A stretch of 63,941 nucleotides of DNA, counting the filler, from Octopus bimaculoides (lineage: Eukaryota), in the NCBI RefSeq assembly GCF_001194135.2. It is 5 parts of 5 records of this genome, joined end to end, with 100 filler letters (N's around TTAATTAATTAA, not from the genome) between each part and the next. Parts side by side here need not be neighbours in the genome. Positions count along the whole stretch, not along the records: positions 29,204 to 41,740 come from NC_068982.1; positions 41,841 to 57,370 come from NC_069006.1; 3 more parts are not named here. The stretch is one strand, 5' to 3'. The notes beneath the pieces are model-generated. The model was not told the origin of the DNA. It saw only the letters and a list, made by a program, of their open reading frames with translations, and did no database searches. Shown piece after piece: positions 41,114 to 53,269 of the stretch. Within the stretch, counting starts at the first letter, position 1. Each line of letters begins with the position of its first letter. Both the position numbers and the translations under genes were made by a program.

Positions 41114-41840
41114 ACTAGACTCTCCGCCGTCGACCCAGCACCATCACCATCGCCACCAACACAAACATGAAACCACAATCAACACCGCCAGCTGCACACC
41201 GCCAAACTTATAACCACCTCCACCACTATCACTACCATGATCTACTCCAGCATCAATACCACCAACTCCTTCATCTTATTTTACTTCCACCACCACTACC
41301 ACCATAGCCATGCCCGTCATCACCCACCAACCCCATCTTTACCATCAATGTCTTCCATCTATTACTGGAAGCAGACTGCCAGAAAAAATTAAGTTCAGTT
41401 CTGCATCACCAAACACTCAAGTTGGTTTCACCGTGGGCTCCCGCAGTACTTCACACTATATACACTCACTCATGTACGCACATTTGCGTGGGTATATATA
41501 TATNNNNNNNNNNACAACACTACCACCAACATTATCACCACAAGCACTACCACCAATACTATCACCAACACTTTGAATGCAGCTAATACAATAGTCCACA
41601 AAGCCGATGTAACTGTATTCCACCGCCATTGCATTTCCATCAACACCAATATCACCGCCGTCTCTGTCAAGTCTTCTATCAAGCAAGAAACATTACCAGC
41701 AGCACTACCACCACCACCACCACCACCACCACCACCATCANNNNNNNNNNNNNNNNNNNNNNNNNNNNNNNNNNNNNNNNNNNNTTAATTAATTAANNNN
41801 NNNNNNNNNNNNNNNNNNNNNNNNNNNNNNNNNNNNNNNN

Positions 41841-42060
41841 TGGAGGTCCTTTCCGTTTTCTTTCACACACGGATAAATTTTTCACTATAGATCTTAATGG
41901 TCGTAAAGACACTATATCAGTGAATAGATTAGAAAAGGCCTTCATAGAGAAAACTGTACCTATTCCCACTGCAGAGGACACACACACAGTATTATACAGC
42001 AAACACGGCCCGCACACCCACCTTCAAATTCCAGGATTCTGGATTATTTATCCGGCGTTT
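41841..42060 (+). mobile_element. Gypsy-type LTR retrotransposon integrase C-terminal fragment
   Basis: GGPFRFLSHTDKFFTIDLNGRKDTISVNRLEKAF matches the GPY/F motif (GPxxV..K.F.I..NGR.DTVSIDRLKPAF). Confidence 0.72.
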
Positions 42061-42640
42061 TTACTTAACTTTTGAGAGCGGGCAGGTTCATTTTTTCGCA
42101 TTCTCGTTTGTGAGAGTAGTCGAGTTTATTTCAGATATTCTCATTTTAAAAATCATCTCCGGCTAATCGTTGAGAGGACGATGGTGTTGCTTGCCGGAGG
42201 TTTGTGCTCTCTGAGTGCTCTTGATATAATCAACAACATTTTTATTAGATTATAATCTAGTAACTTAATTTGTTATTATAAAAGAAAATTTACAAATAAC
42301 ATAATAATTCTAAAATTTGCGTGAAATTAAAGGAAAGTAATAATAAATCTGTGAAAAGGCAAAACTTGTTTTTGAGATCAGAAAGGTGTATAGGTACCTA
42401 AACGAAGAGATCCAACCATGCCAGTCAGTCAAACAACTGAAATGTTCATCATTGAAATTGAAGGGGAATCCATTTACAGTGTGTGTTTGTGTATGTGTGT
42501 GTGTACATATGTATTGTGTGAGTATGTGTCTGTGTGAGCGTACGTAAGTGCGTGCATGCATATGGTAGTGACTGACAAATGTAAAAGGACCTTTGTTAAT
42601 TTTTGCTCATTTGCTTTATGTTTATAAACCGCTGTTTCAG

Positions 42641-42778
42641 GTTGGATCGTCAGTGCAATAAGGCATGCACGATAAAAGGCGTGAAGATTCCTGAAAAACT
42701 GACCGTCAGAATCGCTGTGGATGCTCTACATTATAACCCAAAATACTGGCCAGAACCGGAAAAATTCATTCCAGAAAG
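42641..42778 (+). CDS. CYP3-clan P450, plus copy, 138-bp exon: LDRQCNKACTIKGVKIPEKLTVRIAVDALHYNPKYWPEPEKFIPE(R)
   Basis: Acceptor ctgtttcag, donor gttagc; open frame; 9 of 138 nt differ from the minus copy (5 amino-acid changes). Whether it is functional or a pseudogene is unresolved. Confidence 0.9.
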
Positions 42779-44322
42779 GTTAGCAATTTAAATTATGCTT
42801 TCATTCATAGAGTGCTGCAGATGTGTCTAGGAGATTTAGAGCTTCTATTCAAAAACACCAGTTTTCTGTTTTATCGTCTGCTCTACCTTTACATCACATC
42901 CTCATCTTACAAAATATTGGTTCCAAATTTTGGCATAAGACCAGGAAGTTCCAGGAAAGGCCTGAGTCAATAGTATTGACCTCAGTCCTCAAATGGTATG
43001 AATTTTATCGACTCCATAAAGATGAAAGGCAAAGTAAACTCAGTGGAATTTGAACTCAAGAGAAGCGTATAGAGAAAGGGCAGCTGGGACTGTGGAGCGA
43101 AGGGACTTATTACAGAAAAGATTGCTCAAAACACATACAAACAAAGCCATAGACAAACCAGGCTATAAACTCATATACAAACACCCCTATATGTGTGTGT
43201 TTTCGTAGCATGTATGGGTCTGTGTGCGTGTCTTTACATACATACACGCACATGCAGAGAAGCATATATTCACTAGCTCTCCTGCTTTTAGACTACTGAA
43301 CACAATTGGTAGTCCCAAAATAATTGCATAAGGATAAACATATGTGTACACACACATTACATACATACATACATACATACATACANNNNNNNNNNTATAT
43401 ATATATATATATATATATAATTTCCTCCCTTTATACAAACATTACACACACATACGCTCCAGCACGCAAATGTACTTAAGCAAGCCAGTAACCGCATGTG
43501 CACACGAAACCACTTAAGTACACTTACACACGTTGACACACACAGACACACACACGTCTATATGCACATGCACACCTGTGTATGTGAAAAAGTGTACATT
43601 TATACAGACACCCACATATATATTCACTCGTATGCATGCGTATAAATGTACACATAAATATACATATAAGTTCATTCGTAATTCCACTCAATTTTTTATG
43701 TATTCATAATCTCAAATGTACATGTAAATGTGTACCTTAAATAAATAGAACAGCTGCATATTCTGATGTAACCACGTGGGCAAGCCAGAGATGCATTACT
43801 TATACTGAGAGTATTGCTCAAGTTTTTATTCAGCCCATCCCACCGTATTTTCTGGGGTACGATAAATACATACATAAAAGCATATACATATAAATATATA
43901 ATATATATACAATAGAAATGATCACCAATTATAATCCTCAATTGAAAGTGCGATTTTCTTCATTCTTGTTGAAGTTACCAGTTACTCCAGATTTCTTGAA
44001 ATTTTAGGCGATATTTGGATCTGTTTTATCATACATTATGAATTACCCTGGATGTTAGTTCTATTTGGATTTAGTGGTACCTGATTGTTTTATAAAGTTA
44101 ACCAAGTTCGGTTAGCACTGAATGGTCTCCAGATATCTGCCTGGATTCATTAATCCATTTTACATTTCGCTATATAGTACACGTGCGTATGGATGCCAGT
44201 AAAATGAAGTGGGTAAGGTTAAAAAGCTTTTGACTTAGGGGCTAGTCTGATCAGAGGAGATCCCTATCTAAACAACATCAACAATATATGGTTATTTACG
44301 TAAGTACATTTGTCATTTACAG

Positions 44323-44485
44323 ATTTAGCGAAGAAGCGAAGTCTAAACAAGTGCCGTTCACCTACTTACCATTTGGTGAAGGACCAAGAATGTGTCTTGG
44401 AATGAGACTGGCCAAGCTGGAGTTCAAGATAGCCGCTGTTGAAATGATTCGAAATTTCAAAATTCTTCGATGTGAAAAAACTGAA
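44323..44485 (+). CDS. CYP3-clan P450, plus copy, heme-binding exon (163 bp)
   Basis: FGEGPRMCLG motif; acceptor tttacag, donor gtaagt; 1 of 163 nt differs from the minus copy (Ile vs Val). Confidence 0.93.
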
Positions 44486-44883
44486 GTAAGTTCTGTTTTT
44501 TTTATTGTATGTAAACGTTGAATTATATATCAAATTTATGGGTATATATTTCAAATATGTATATATATGTGCTTTTACTTGCTTTTATATTGTAACGAGG
44601 TAATTTCCTCTCAAGCTGTTTAGTCNNNNNNNNNNNNNNNNNNNNNNNNNNNNNNNNNNNNNNNNNNNNNNNNNNNNNNNNNNNNNNNNNNNNNNNNNNN
44701 NNNNNNNNNNNNNNNNNNNNNNNNNGTAAACCACTCCTATGATGACACGAATGAATTGAATTATTTAACTGAATCATCATGAAATTAATATTCATTCCAA
44801 TGCAATGTTGAAATCAGCTTCAATGTTTTATAACTTGAACCGTCAGTGACTCAACGCGTCACGGGTAGTCTAATGTTGTACAC

Positions 44884-44921
<38 letters not shown>

Positions 44922-45104
44922 ATATGTATGTAGTTATGTCTGATTGTCTGTATATCAAGCGCACAAGCTAAAGATAGATCATGACTTCACAAAATTTGAG
45001 CACTAAGTACAATACAGTCTTATGTGCAGATAAAATTATCATTCAACGCGTAAGTTCGGTCCGAAGTAATCGCGATATCGCTGACATATTTATTGATGTA
45101 CAGT

Positions 45105-45300
45105 GAAGGCACAATGGCCCAGTGGTTAGGGCAGTGGACTCACGGTCGTAGGATCGTGATTTCGATTTCCAGACCGGGCGTTGTATATAAATATTGAGCG
45201 AAAACACTTAAAGCTCCACGAGGCTCCGGCAGTGGGGTGGTGGCGAACCCCGCAGTACTCTTTCACCACAACTTCCTCTCACTCTTTCTTTCTGTTTTTG
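45105..45300 (+). mobile_element. tRNA-derived SINE, family 3
   Basis: AATGGCCCAGTGGTTAGGGCAG head..AAAGCTCCACGAGGCTCCGG; reverse-complement copy at 56098-56398. Confidence 0.8.
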
Positions 45301-46119
45301 TTATACCTGCATTATATATATATATATATATANNNNNNNNNNNNNNNNNNNNNNNNNNNNNNNNNNNNNNNNNNNNNNNNNNNNNNNNNNNNNNNNNNNN
45401 NNNNNNNNNNNNNNNNNNNNNNNNNNNNNNNNNNNNNNNNNNNNNNNNNNNNNNNNNNNNNNNNNNNNNNNNNNNNNNNNNNNNNNNNNNNNNNNNNNNN
45501 NNNNNNNNNNNNNNNNNNNNNNNNNNNNNNNNNNNNNNNNNNNNNNNNNNNNNNNNNNNNNNNNNNNNNNNNNNNNNNNNNNNNNNNNNNNNNNNNNNNN
45601 NNNNNNNNNNNNNNNNNNNNNNNNNNNNNNNNNNNNNNNNNNNNNNNNNNNNNNNNNNNNNNNNNNNNNNNNNNNNNNNNNNNNNNNNNNNNNNNNNNNN
45701 NNNNNNNNNNNNNNNNNNNNNNNNNNNNNNNNNNNNNNNNNNNNNNNNNNNNNNNNNNNNNNNNNNNNNNNNNNNNNNNNNNNNNNNNNNNNNNNNNNNN
45801 NNNNNNNNNNNNNNNNNNNNNNNNNNNNNNNNNNNNNNNNNNNNNNNNNNNNNNNNNNNNNNNNNNNNNNNNNNNNNNNNNNNNNNNNNNNNNNNATATG
45901 AATAGATCGATTAAAATAGAAAATGAAAAAGCATAAAATTTGGTATCACTCGAAAAGCATTTAATTTAGATAGAGAATATATATATCACACTACGGCACT
46001 CCGTCGGTTACGACGATGAGGGTTACTGTTGATCCAATCAACAGAACAGCCAGCCCGTGAAATTAACGCGCAAGTGGCTGAGTACATCAGACACGTGTAC
46101 CCCTAACACAGTTCTCATA

Positions 46120-46335
46120 TCTGGAAATGGCGCTCGTGGCAGATCTTCCAGATCGCTCATCGCCTTCCAGCGGTGTTCGTCTATTTTTGAAGCGCCCGTG
46201 CCACTCAGAATATCGCATACGACCCATTGCCTCGTCGCCGTAAGCTTGCCGAAGCATGCTCAATGTCTCTGTAGCAGATTCCCCGAGTTTAACACAAAAT
46301 GTTACATTAGCTCTTTGCTTCTATCCATGACAAAA
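46120..46335 (-). mobile_element. Mariner transposase N-terminal (HTH) relic
   Basis: QRANVTFCVKLGESATETLSMLRQAYGDEAMGRMRYSEWHGRFKNRRTPLEGDERSGRSATS. Confidence 0.85.
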
Positions 46336-46384
46336 TCGCAAACTACAGCATACACGTGATCAGACATGTCCAACATCTAGTCTG

Positions 46385-47635
46385 AGACAGAATGGCCACT
46401 GCAAGCCCATTGTAGAAGGTTTAATGTGGTATATAAATGCACAATTCTACTAGCTATTACAACGGAACTACTATTAATTTTAAACAGAGATATTCTTCAC
46501 ATCTGAACTCATTTAAATATGTAGAGCATAGCAAATCCACACATCGCTAGACAACCACATACACCATCTGATAAATATAAAAATACCCCATAGGATATTC
46601 TGGGCCATAATAGATTCGTTGTCCTATACCAAGGCCAGCGCTCCGCGTGTGAACTTTGCTTGAAGGAAACCCTCTAAATATTAATTCATGATTCACCACA
46701 ATTACTCCATAAACAGCACAAAGCATTCTCTACATGTATATATAAGTTTTATTAGGTCCAAATGCAAGCAAAATCAACACACATAACACTTGCCTATAGT
46801 CACGGTCGTTACAACATACGCACGTTTTTTCTCATCCTTCATCTATCAGGAAAAGTTTCTTAGAAGCTACCTAGCTTCAATAATCTTTTAATTTTTAATT
46901 TTTGATTCTTTAACTTTTGTGCATTTAATTCATTTATCCATTTAATTGTATTTTTAATCCTATATATACTCCCTTATATAGACTCATCTATTTTAAACTA
47001 TTTTTAGCCTTCCTTACTAACCACTGAACTAAATATTCTTTCTGACCACACCGGACCTAATAGCCATAAATACCTTCCTCGTCCACTTTCCTAAAACCTT
47101 AACGCCTGACCTCTCACCGCGAACTGACCCTAACGATGAATAATATTGACATCTTACCTTTGTCTTTATTTTTGATTTTTGATTTTTATTTTACTTTCGC
47201 TCTCATTCATTCTTTTCTGCACCTATCCCATTCCTTTCTTTTCTCTGTCCTTTTCACTCTATATACCCACTTGGATAATTTTCATACTAGCTAACCATTT
47301 AATCTATTCCTTCAACATGAGCACAACGTTCAAAATGCTGCCAAAATACTGCCTGTATTTACCTGGGATTATAGTTCAGGACCTATACCTTCACGGACCA
47401 ACCTCCATACCATCTTGATGAACTGTGAACTTTATTCTCCTGTCTGTATTATTCTATCTACCGTTTTACTCTCTATCCTTATATCTACTATTTTATTCCT
47501 TTATAAACTGTAAATTCCCCGTCTAGAACTTTCATACATACTAAACTTGTCTCTGATGGCGGAATACCTAGTGTATGGAGACGCTAACCTATTACTTGGG
47601 ATATCCATCCCAGAAACAGCTGTAAGGCAATTATA
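46385..47635 (+). mobile_element. Penelope-like element 3' relic (GIY-YIG remnant, long 3' region, hammerhead-like terminus)
   Basis: NGTTINFKQRYSSHLNSFKY..NHIHHL..IFWAII..YTKA..CELCLKETL at about 46460-46680; CTGATGG...GAAACAGCTGTA at 47553-47624. Confidence 0.7.
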
Positions 47636-48780
47636 TTTCGTCCTTTTATTTGGAGGATTCCAAACAAGATTTCTAATATAGATTCTTCATATTTTGCTCA
47701 TAACTTACTGGCGTAAGTTTGCGAATATGAAAATAATACTTGTATATGGTGTAGTATGTGAATTTATGGAAAGGAATCCCATAAAACTCAACAAATTTGT
47801 TTAAAATGGAGAAGAGAAGATGTTAAAATGTAAGAGAATTTTAATTCATGCAGACGATCATTTCGAACAGCATGATATTAAAATCATGCAAATTCATGGT
47901 TGAATAGAAATAATTAAATTAAATTAATTATATATCACTGTTCTCTTCAGTGCAAGAAGTATAACGAAAAAGATTTTCAAAGGACTTGATAAAGGAAATA
48001 GCAGAGTATAATTTCGGATGTTCATATTTATCCTTATGAGAAAGAAAGAAGAAATGTGAGTCTAGTTAGGTATAAATTAAAACTAAGGCAACTAACGGTT
48101 ATTTGGAAATATGCGTGAAAAAGGTTTTATGAGACGTTCCCTCTATAGAAGAGTGAGATAAGTAATTCTAACTCCAAATAAGTCGTGAATGAAAATAAGT
48201 TGTATAGAAATGTCCAGTGGAAAAGCATAGCTATATTTGATACACCACACTTAGTATTGTTTCTAACTGTCAGGTTATATCCTAATTCAAATATAGCTAT
48301 GCTTTTCCATTGGGCTCTTCTATACAACTTTTCTTTACATACACAACTTATTACGAGTTAGAATAACTTATCTTCTTACTCTTTTGGAGCAGAGAGAGAG
48401 GGACAGAGAGAGACAGTGTGTGGGTGAGTGTGCACGTGTGTGTGCAAGAGAGAGATGAGAAATAATGATGTGCGAGGTAGGAAATGTAAGAAAGACAAAA
48501 AAATAGTAAAACCGTTAAGAATGACTAATAAAAATAGAAATTTATTCAACTTTGTAATGTCAACTGTAGAAACGTTGCTCTCTGATAAAGCATATACGAG
48601 ATTTGTTTTTAAAGTTCAATAAAATATATGCCAACAAAAAATTATTGTTAGAAGAAAAGGAAACATTATTCAAAATATTATCTTTACATTTTCGACTTTT
48701 ATAATGACGCTTATTTTTTTAAATATTACATTACTTTACCAATCAATATTTATATCGTATATAATTTTACAAAAGGGTCA

Positions 48781-48786
48781 TTTATT
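48781..48786 (-). terminator. Candidate polyadenylation signal AATAAA of the minus CYP (an alternative lies at 48541-48546)
   Basis: AATAAA on the minus strand 16 nt after the stop codon; the background is AT-rich, so specificity is low. Confidence 0.35.
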
Positions 48787-48802
48787 TGTGCAGTACTTAA
48801 AG

Positions 48803-48886
48803 TTATTTTTTCAATCTTCGTTCAAACTTCACCCAAATTCCGTTTTTGGCAGCCAGTAAGACGCTGTTGCTTAATACAAGAGGGTC
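48803..48886 (-). CDS. CYP3-clan P450, minus copy, terminal coding exon (84 bp): DPLVLSNSVLLAAKNGIWVKFERRLKK*
   Basis: Acceptor tttctctattccag in phase 0, matching the previous exon; fits the P450 C-terminal pattern xPLxL...LL...NGIWVKxExR; TAA stop. Confidence 0.85.
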   Translation of the reverse strand, partial: DPLVLSNSVLLAAKNGIWVKFERRLKK

Positions 48887-49765
48887 CTGGAATAGAGAAA
48901 TCGGCATGTTATTAAATCATGTGGCAATCATACAAATATTTATATATACACGTGTGTGCGTGTGTGTGTTTGTGCGCGCATGTACATATACATATATACA
49001 TATGTATATATATATATATATATATATATNNNNNNNNNNNNNNNNNNNNNNNNNNNNNNNNNNNNNNNNNNNNNNNNNNNNNNNNNNNNNNNNNNNNNNN
49101 NNNNNNNNNNNNNNNNNNNNNNNNNNNNNNNNNNNNNNNNNNNNNNNNNNNNNNNNNNNNNNNNNNNNNNNNNNNNNNNNNNNNNNNNNNNNNNNNNNNN
49201 NNNNNNNNNNNNNNNNNNNNNNNNNNNNNNNNNNNNNNNNNNNNNNNNNNNNNNNNNNNNNNNNNNNNNNNNNNNNNNNNNNNNNNNNNNNNNNNNNNNN
49301 NNNNNNNNNNNNNNNNNNNNNNNNNNNNNNNNNNNNNNNNNNNNNNNNNNNNNNNNNNNNNNNNNNNNNNNNNNNNNNNNNNNNNNNNNNNNNNNNNNNN
49401 NNNNNNNNNNNNNNNNNNNNNNNNNNNNNNNNNNNNNNNNNNNNNNNNNNNNNNNNNNNNNNNNNNNNNNNNNNNNNNNNNNNNNNNNNNNNNNNNNNNN
49501 NNNNNNNNNNNNNNNNNNNNNNNNNNNNNNNNNNNNNNNNNNNNNNNTATTTATAAATGTTCTATAATGCACACACCCTTGTTTTTTTTTTTTTATCTCA
49601 TTACGAAAAGTAAATCCTTATATTCACACGCTGATATATGACCTACGTTGGACCCCTTATTCACATAACCACCGAACCTGGAGTTTAACTATGGTCTGTC
49701 CATAGCACTTACACAGCATTACCTGAAACTGCTGGGTTTAATTGACACCACTACCGCTCATAACC

Positions 49766-49820
<55 letters not shown>

Positions 49821-50157
49821 TTGTGTATGTATATGTATGTATAGATACATATTTATTATGTCATACCTCGATACTGTTTGCACTAAGATCCCCGTTGACA
49901 GACTGCTGGTATTTATAGAGTGTTAGACGCTTTCGGTATGCAAATTAGGTACAGAAACAAGTAAAAGATAAAAAGATAAAAGATAAAGTCTCCACTGGGA
50001 ATTGAACCTATGTTTCAGACTAAACAGCTTGAGAGGAAATTACCTCGTTACAATATAAAAGCAAGTAAAAGCACATATATATACATATTTGAAATATATA
50101 CCCATAAATTTGATATATAATTCAACGTTTACATACAATAAAAAAAACAGAACTTAC

Positions 50158-50320
50158 TTCAGTTTTTTCACATCGAAGAACTTTGAAATTTCGAATCATT
50201 TCAACAGCGGCTATCTTGAACTCCAGCTTGGCCAGTCTCATTCCAAGACACATTCTTGGTCCTTCACCAAATGGTAAGTAGGTGAACGGCACTTGTTTAG
50301 ACTTCGCTTCTTCGCTAAAT
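50158..50320 (-). CDS. CYP3-clan P450, minus copy, heme-binding exon (163 bp): (R)FSEEAKSKQVPFTYLPFGEGPRMCLGMRLAKLEFKIAAVEMIRNFKVLRCEKTE
   Basis: FxxGxRxCxG heme-thiolate motif (FGEGPRMCLG); completes PERF across the splice; acceptor tttacag, donor gtaagt. Confidence 0.97.
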
Positions 50321-51754
50321 CTGTAAATGACAAATGTACTTACGTAAATAACCATGTATTGTTGTTGTTATTGTTGTTTAGATAGGGATCTCCTCTGATC
50401 AGACTAGCCCCATGGTCAAAAGCTTTTTAACCTTACCCACTTCATTTTACTGGCATCCATACGCACGTGTACTATATAGCGAAATGTAAAATGGATTAAT
50501 GAATCCAGGCAGATATCTGGAGACCATTCAGTGCTAACCGAACTTGGTTAACTTTATAAAACAATCAGGTATCACTAAATCCAAATAGAAGTAACATCCA
50601 GGGTAATTCGTGATGTATGATAAACAGATCCAAATATCGCCTAGAATTTCAAGAAATCTAAAGTAATTTGTAACCTCAACAAGAATGAAGAAAATCGCAC
50701 TTTCAATTGAGGATTATAATTGGTGATCCTTTCTATTGTATATAGTAATATATTTATATGTATGTATATATGCATATATGCACCTATTTATCGTACCGTA
50801 GAAAAAATTGAGCAATAATTTCAGTATTAGTAGTGCAGCCCTGGTTTACCCACATGGTACTACGGTCCTGGATAATGATACGAATTCTTGGAAGATTGTT
50901 TTTCCCAGTAAATATCAAGATGGCATTCCCTTGCAGTCTACTTGCAACAGCCACCTGTGTAACCGCTCCTCCTGAGAATTGTAGTATATAAATATTCAGA
51001 TAGTATTTAACTCTGTGTGGGTGCTACGGCGAACAAGAGTAAGACGAGATTGAGAAATCATTAATTCGTTTAAATAAATTTAGGAGGAAAAAACATAATA
51101 CCTCTTTGGCGACACTAATTTGAGAAATGAATAACAATATTAGTCAATTTCCTAGTTGGCTATACGAACTGCCTTTCTTTATGATACTGGAGGATGGGAT
51201 GCAAATTAATTTCTATAGAAGCGCTCCAATTTCTGGACAGGTTTAATAAACACAATAACTGATTATAAGATGCAATCGTAAATTTCATAAAACTTTACTG
51301 AATGTAGTTTTACTACACAGTGACTGGGATAGCAGATGACAGGCTCTATGGCAAACGTGGTGTATCACTTTCTGCTACCTCTGAATACCTAGCTGTGTTT
51401 ATTGTTACACAAGAATATACAGTTGTTCAATTCAATTTATGTACATATATATATGTAGATTTGAGGTTTATGAATACATTAAAAAATTCAATACATAAAA
51501 AAATTACGAATGAATTTATATGTATGTAATTCTATAGATATATCATTGCATATGTATGAGTACATTTTTGCGCATGCATATGAGTGAATATATATGTGGG
51601 TGTTTGTATAAATGTACACTTTTTCACATACGCAGGCGTGCAATTTATACGCATATGCATGTGTATGTCTATATGTCAATAAATTTAATTAAATGGGAGT
51701 GTGTGCACATGCGGTTTCTGGTTTGCTTGCATAAGTACATCTGCGCGCTGGTAC

Positions 51755-51791
<37 letters not shown>

Positions 51792-52784
51792 CGTGTGTGA
51801 GTGTGTGTGATAACATGCATACACGCACACACACACATACAAACTCTGCTTTATATATATATATAAATCCAAAACTTATGGAGAAAAATTAAATTTAGCA
51901 ATTTTAAATCAAATTTCACAATATATAATATATGTATATAATTTAGAGAAAAAAAACTCTATTAATTAATTGAATAAGGAAAACGTTATTCACACCATCT
52001 AGAAAAAATATACTATAAAATCTTTATTCTGAATTAATTAATAGAGATTTTTTTCTCTAAATTATATATATATATATATATATATATACGTATGTATTTA
52101 CTTATGTAATTCATTTAAACCTTGGGAGAGGCATTATGCCAGTAATAAACACACGCACTGGTTCAGTCCTTTATTAATTTATATAGTTTTTTGTTAAATC
52201 ATTTCATTGCACTCTTGCAATCTCTTCAGTAACTTGTCTCTCCACTTCCATTTATTTTGAATGAATGATTTGGCGTTGTTTTGAAATTGTCCGGTATGAG
52301 CATGTGAGTGTGTGCAATCTCGTATGTGTCTTACGTAATTATTTTCGTACTATCAATTATTTTCATTAGCCTGTACTTCTCTATATTTCGCGCACACACA
52401 TACACACAAAAACACACACACATATAGGGATGTTTGTATATCGGTAGGGATGTGAATGTGTAGCCCGGATTGTCTATGGATGTATGTGCTTTGTGACCAC
52501 ATTTTTCCGTAATAAGTCCCATTACCTGCCCTTTCTCTATACCCTTTTCTTTCATTGTTCCCACCCTCATCAACTAAATCATTTCTATTTAATTCATAAA
52601 CATTTCGCCAGCTAACGATTCGACTACTAATAATAAAAGAGGTGAAATAAATTCAGCGCTTGTGCTTATTATTGTCATAATGACCCATCTGAGATACAAC
52701 AAAATATGTGAAGCTGACAGTAAATTATTAATGGTGATTGGTATGTAGGTTTTAATTATTAATATTTTTGTAAGATTAGAGCAG

Positions 52785-52995
52785 TGAGCTGGCAGAAACG
52801 TTAGCATGCCGGGTAAAATGCTTAGTAGTATATTGTACGTCTTTACGTCTTGAGTTCAAATTCCAACGCGGTCTACTTTGCCTTTCATCCTTACAGAGTC
52901 GACAAAATAAGTACCAGTTCAGGACTGGGGTCAATGCAATCGACTTAGGCCCCTCCTCAAACTTACTGACCTCGTGCCAAAATTTGAAACCAACA
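52785..52995 (+). mobile_element. Family-1 SINE in the CYP intron; truncated counterpart at 42915-43060 (-) in the other arm
   Basis: Same position relative to the 138-bp exon in both copies. Confidence 0.85.
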
Positions 52996-53131
52996 TTTTG
53001 TAAGATGACGATGTGATACAAACGTAAATCAGAAGATAAAACAGAAAACTGGTGTTTGTGAATAGAAACTCTAAACCTCATGGACACATCTGCAGCACTC
53101 TATGAATGAAAGCATAATTTAAATTGCTAAC

Positions 53132-53269
53132 CTTTCTGGAATGAATTTTTCCGGTTCTGGCCAGTATTTTGGATTGTAATGTAGAGCATCCACAGCGATT
53201 TTGACAGACAGTTTTTCAGGAATCTTCACGCCTTTTATAGTGCATGTCTTATTGCACTCACGATTCAAC
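53132..53269 (-). CDS. CYP3-clan P450, minus copy, 138-bp exon: LNRECNKTCTIKGVKIPEKLSVKIAVDALHYNPKYWPEPEKFIPE(R)
   Basis: Acceptor tatttcag, donor gttagc; phase 2 at both ends; typical ALHxxPxYWxxPExFxPER meander. Confidence 0.95.

Noticed and set aside
40126-41650. 137-bp identical direct repeat (40126-40262 and 41514-41650)
   Set aside because: Both copies abut N gaps and are 100% identical; most likely a contig-end overlap artefact.
49888-49926. IPVDRLLVFIEC* as a candidate last exon for the plus CYP
   Set aside because: Weak acceptor, too short, and no similarity to the minus-copy terminal exon.
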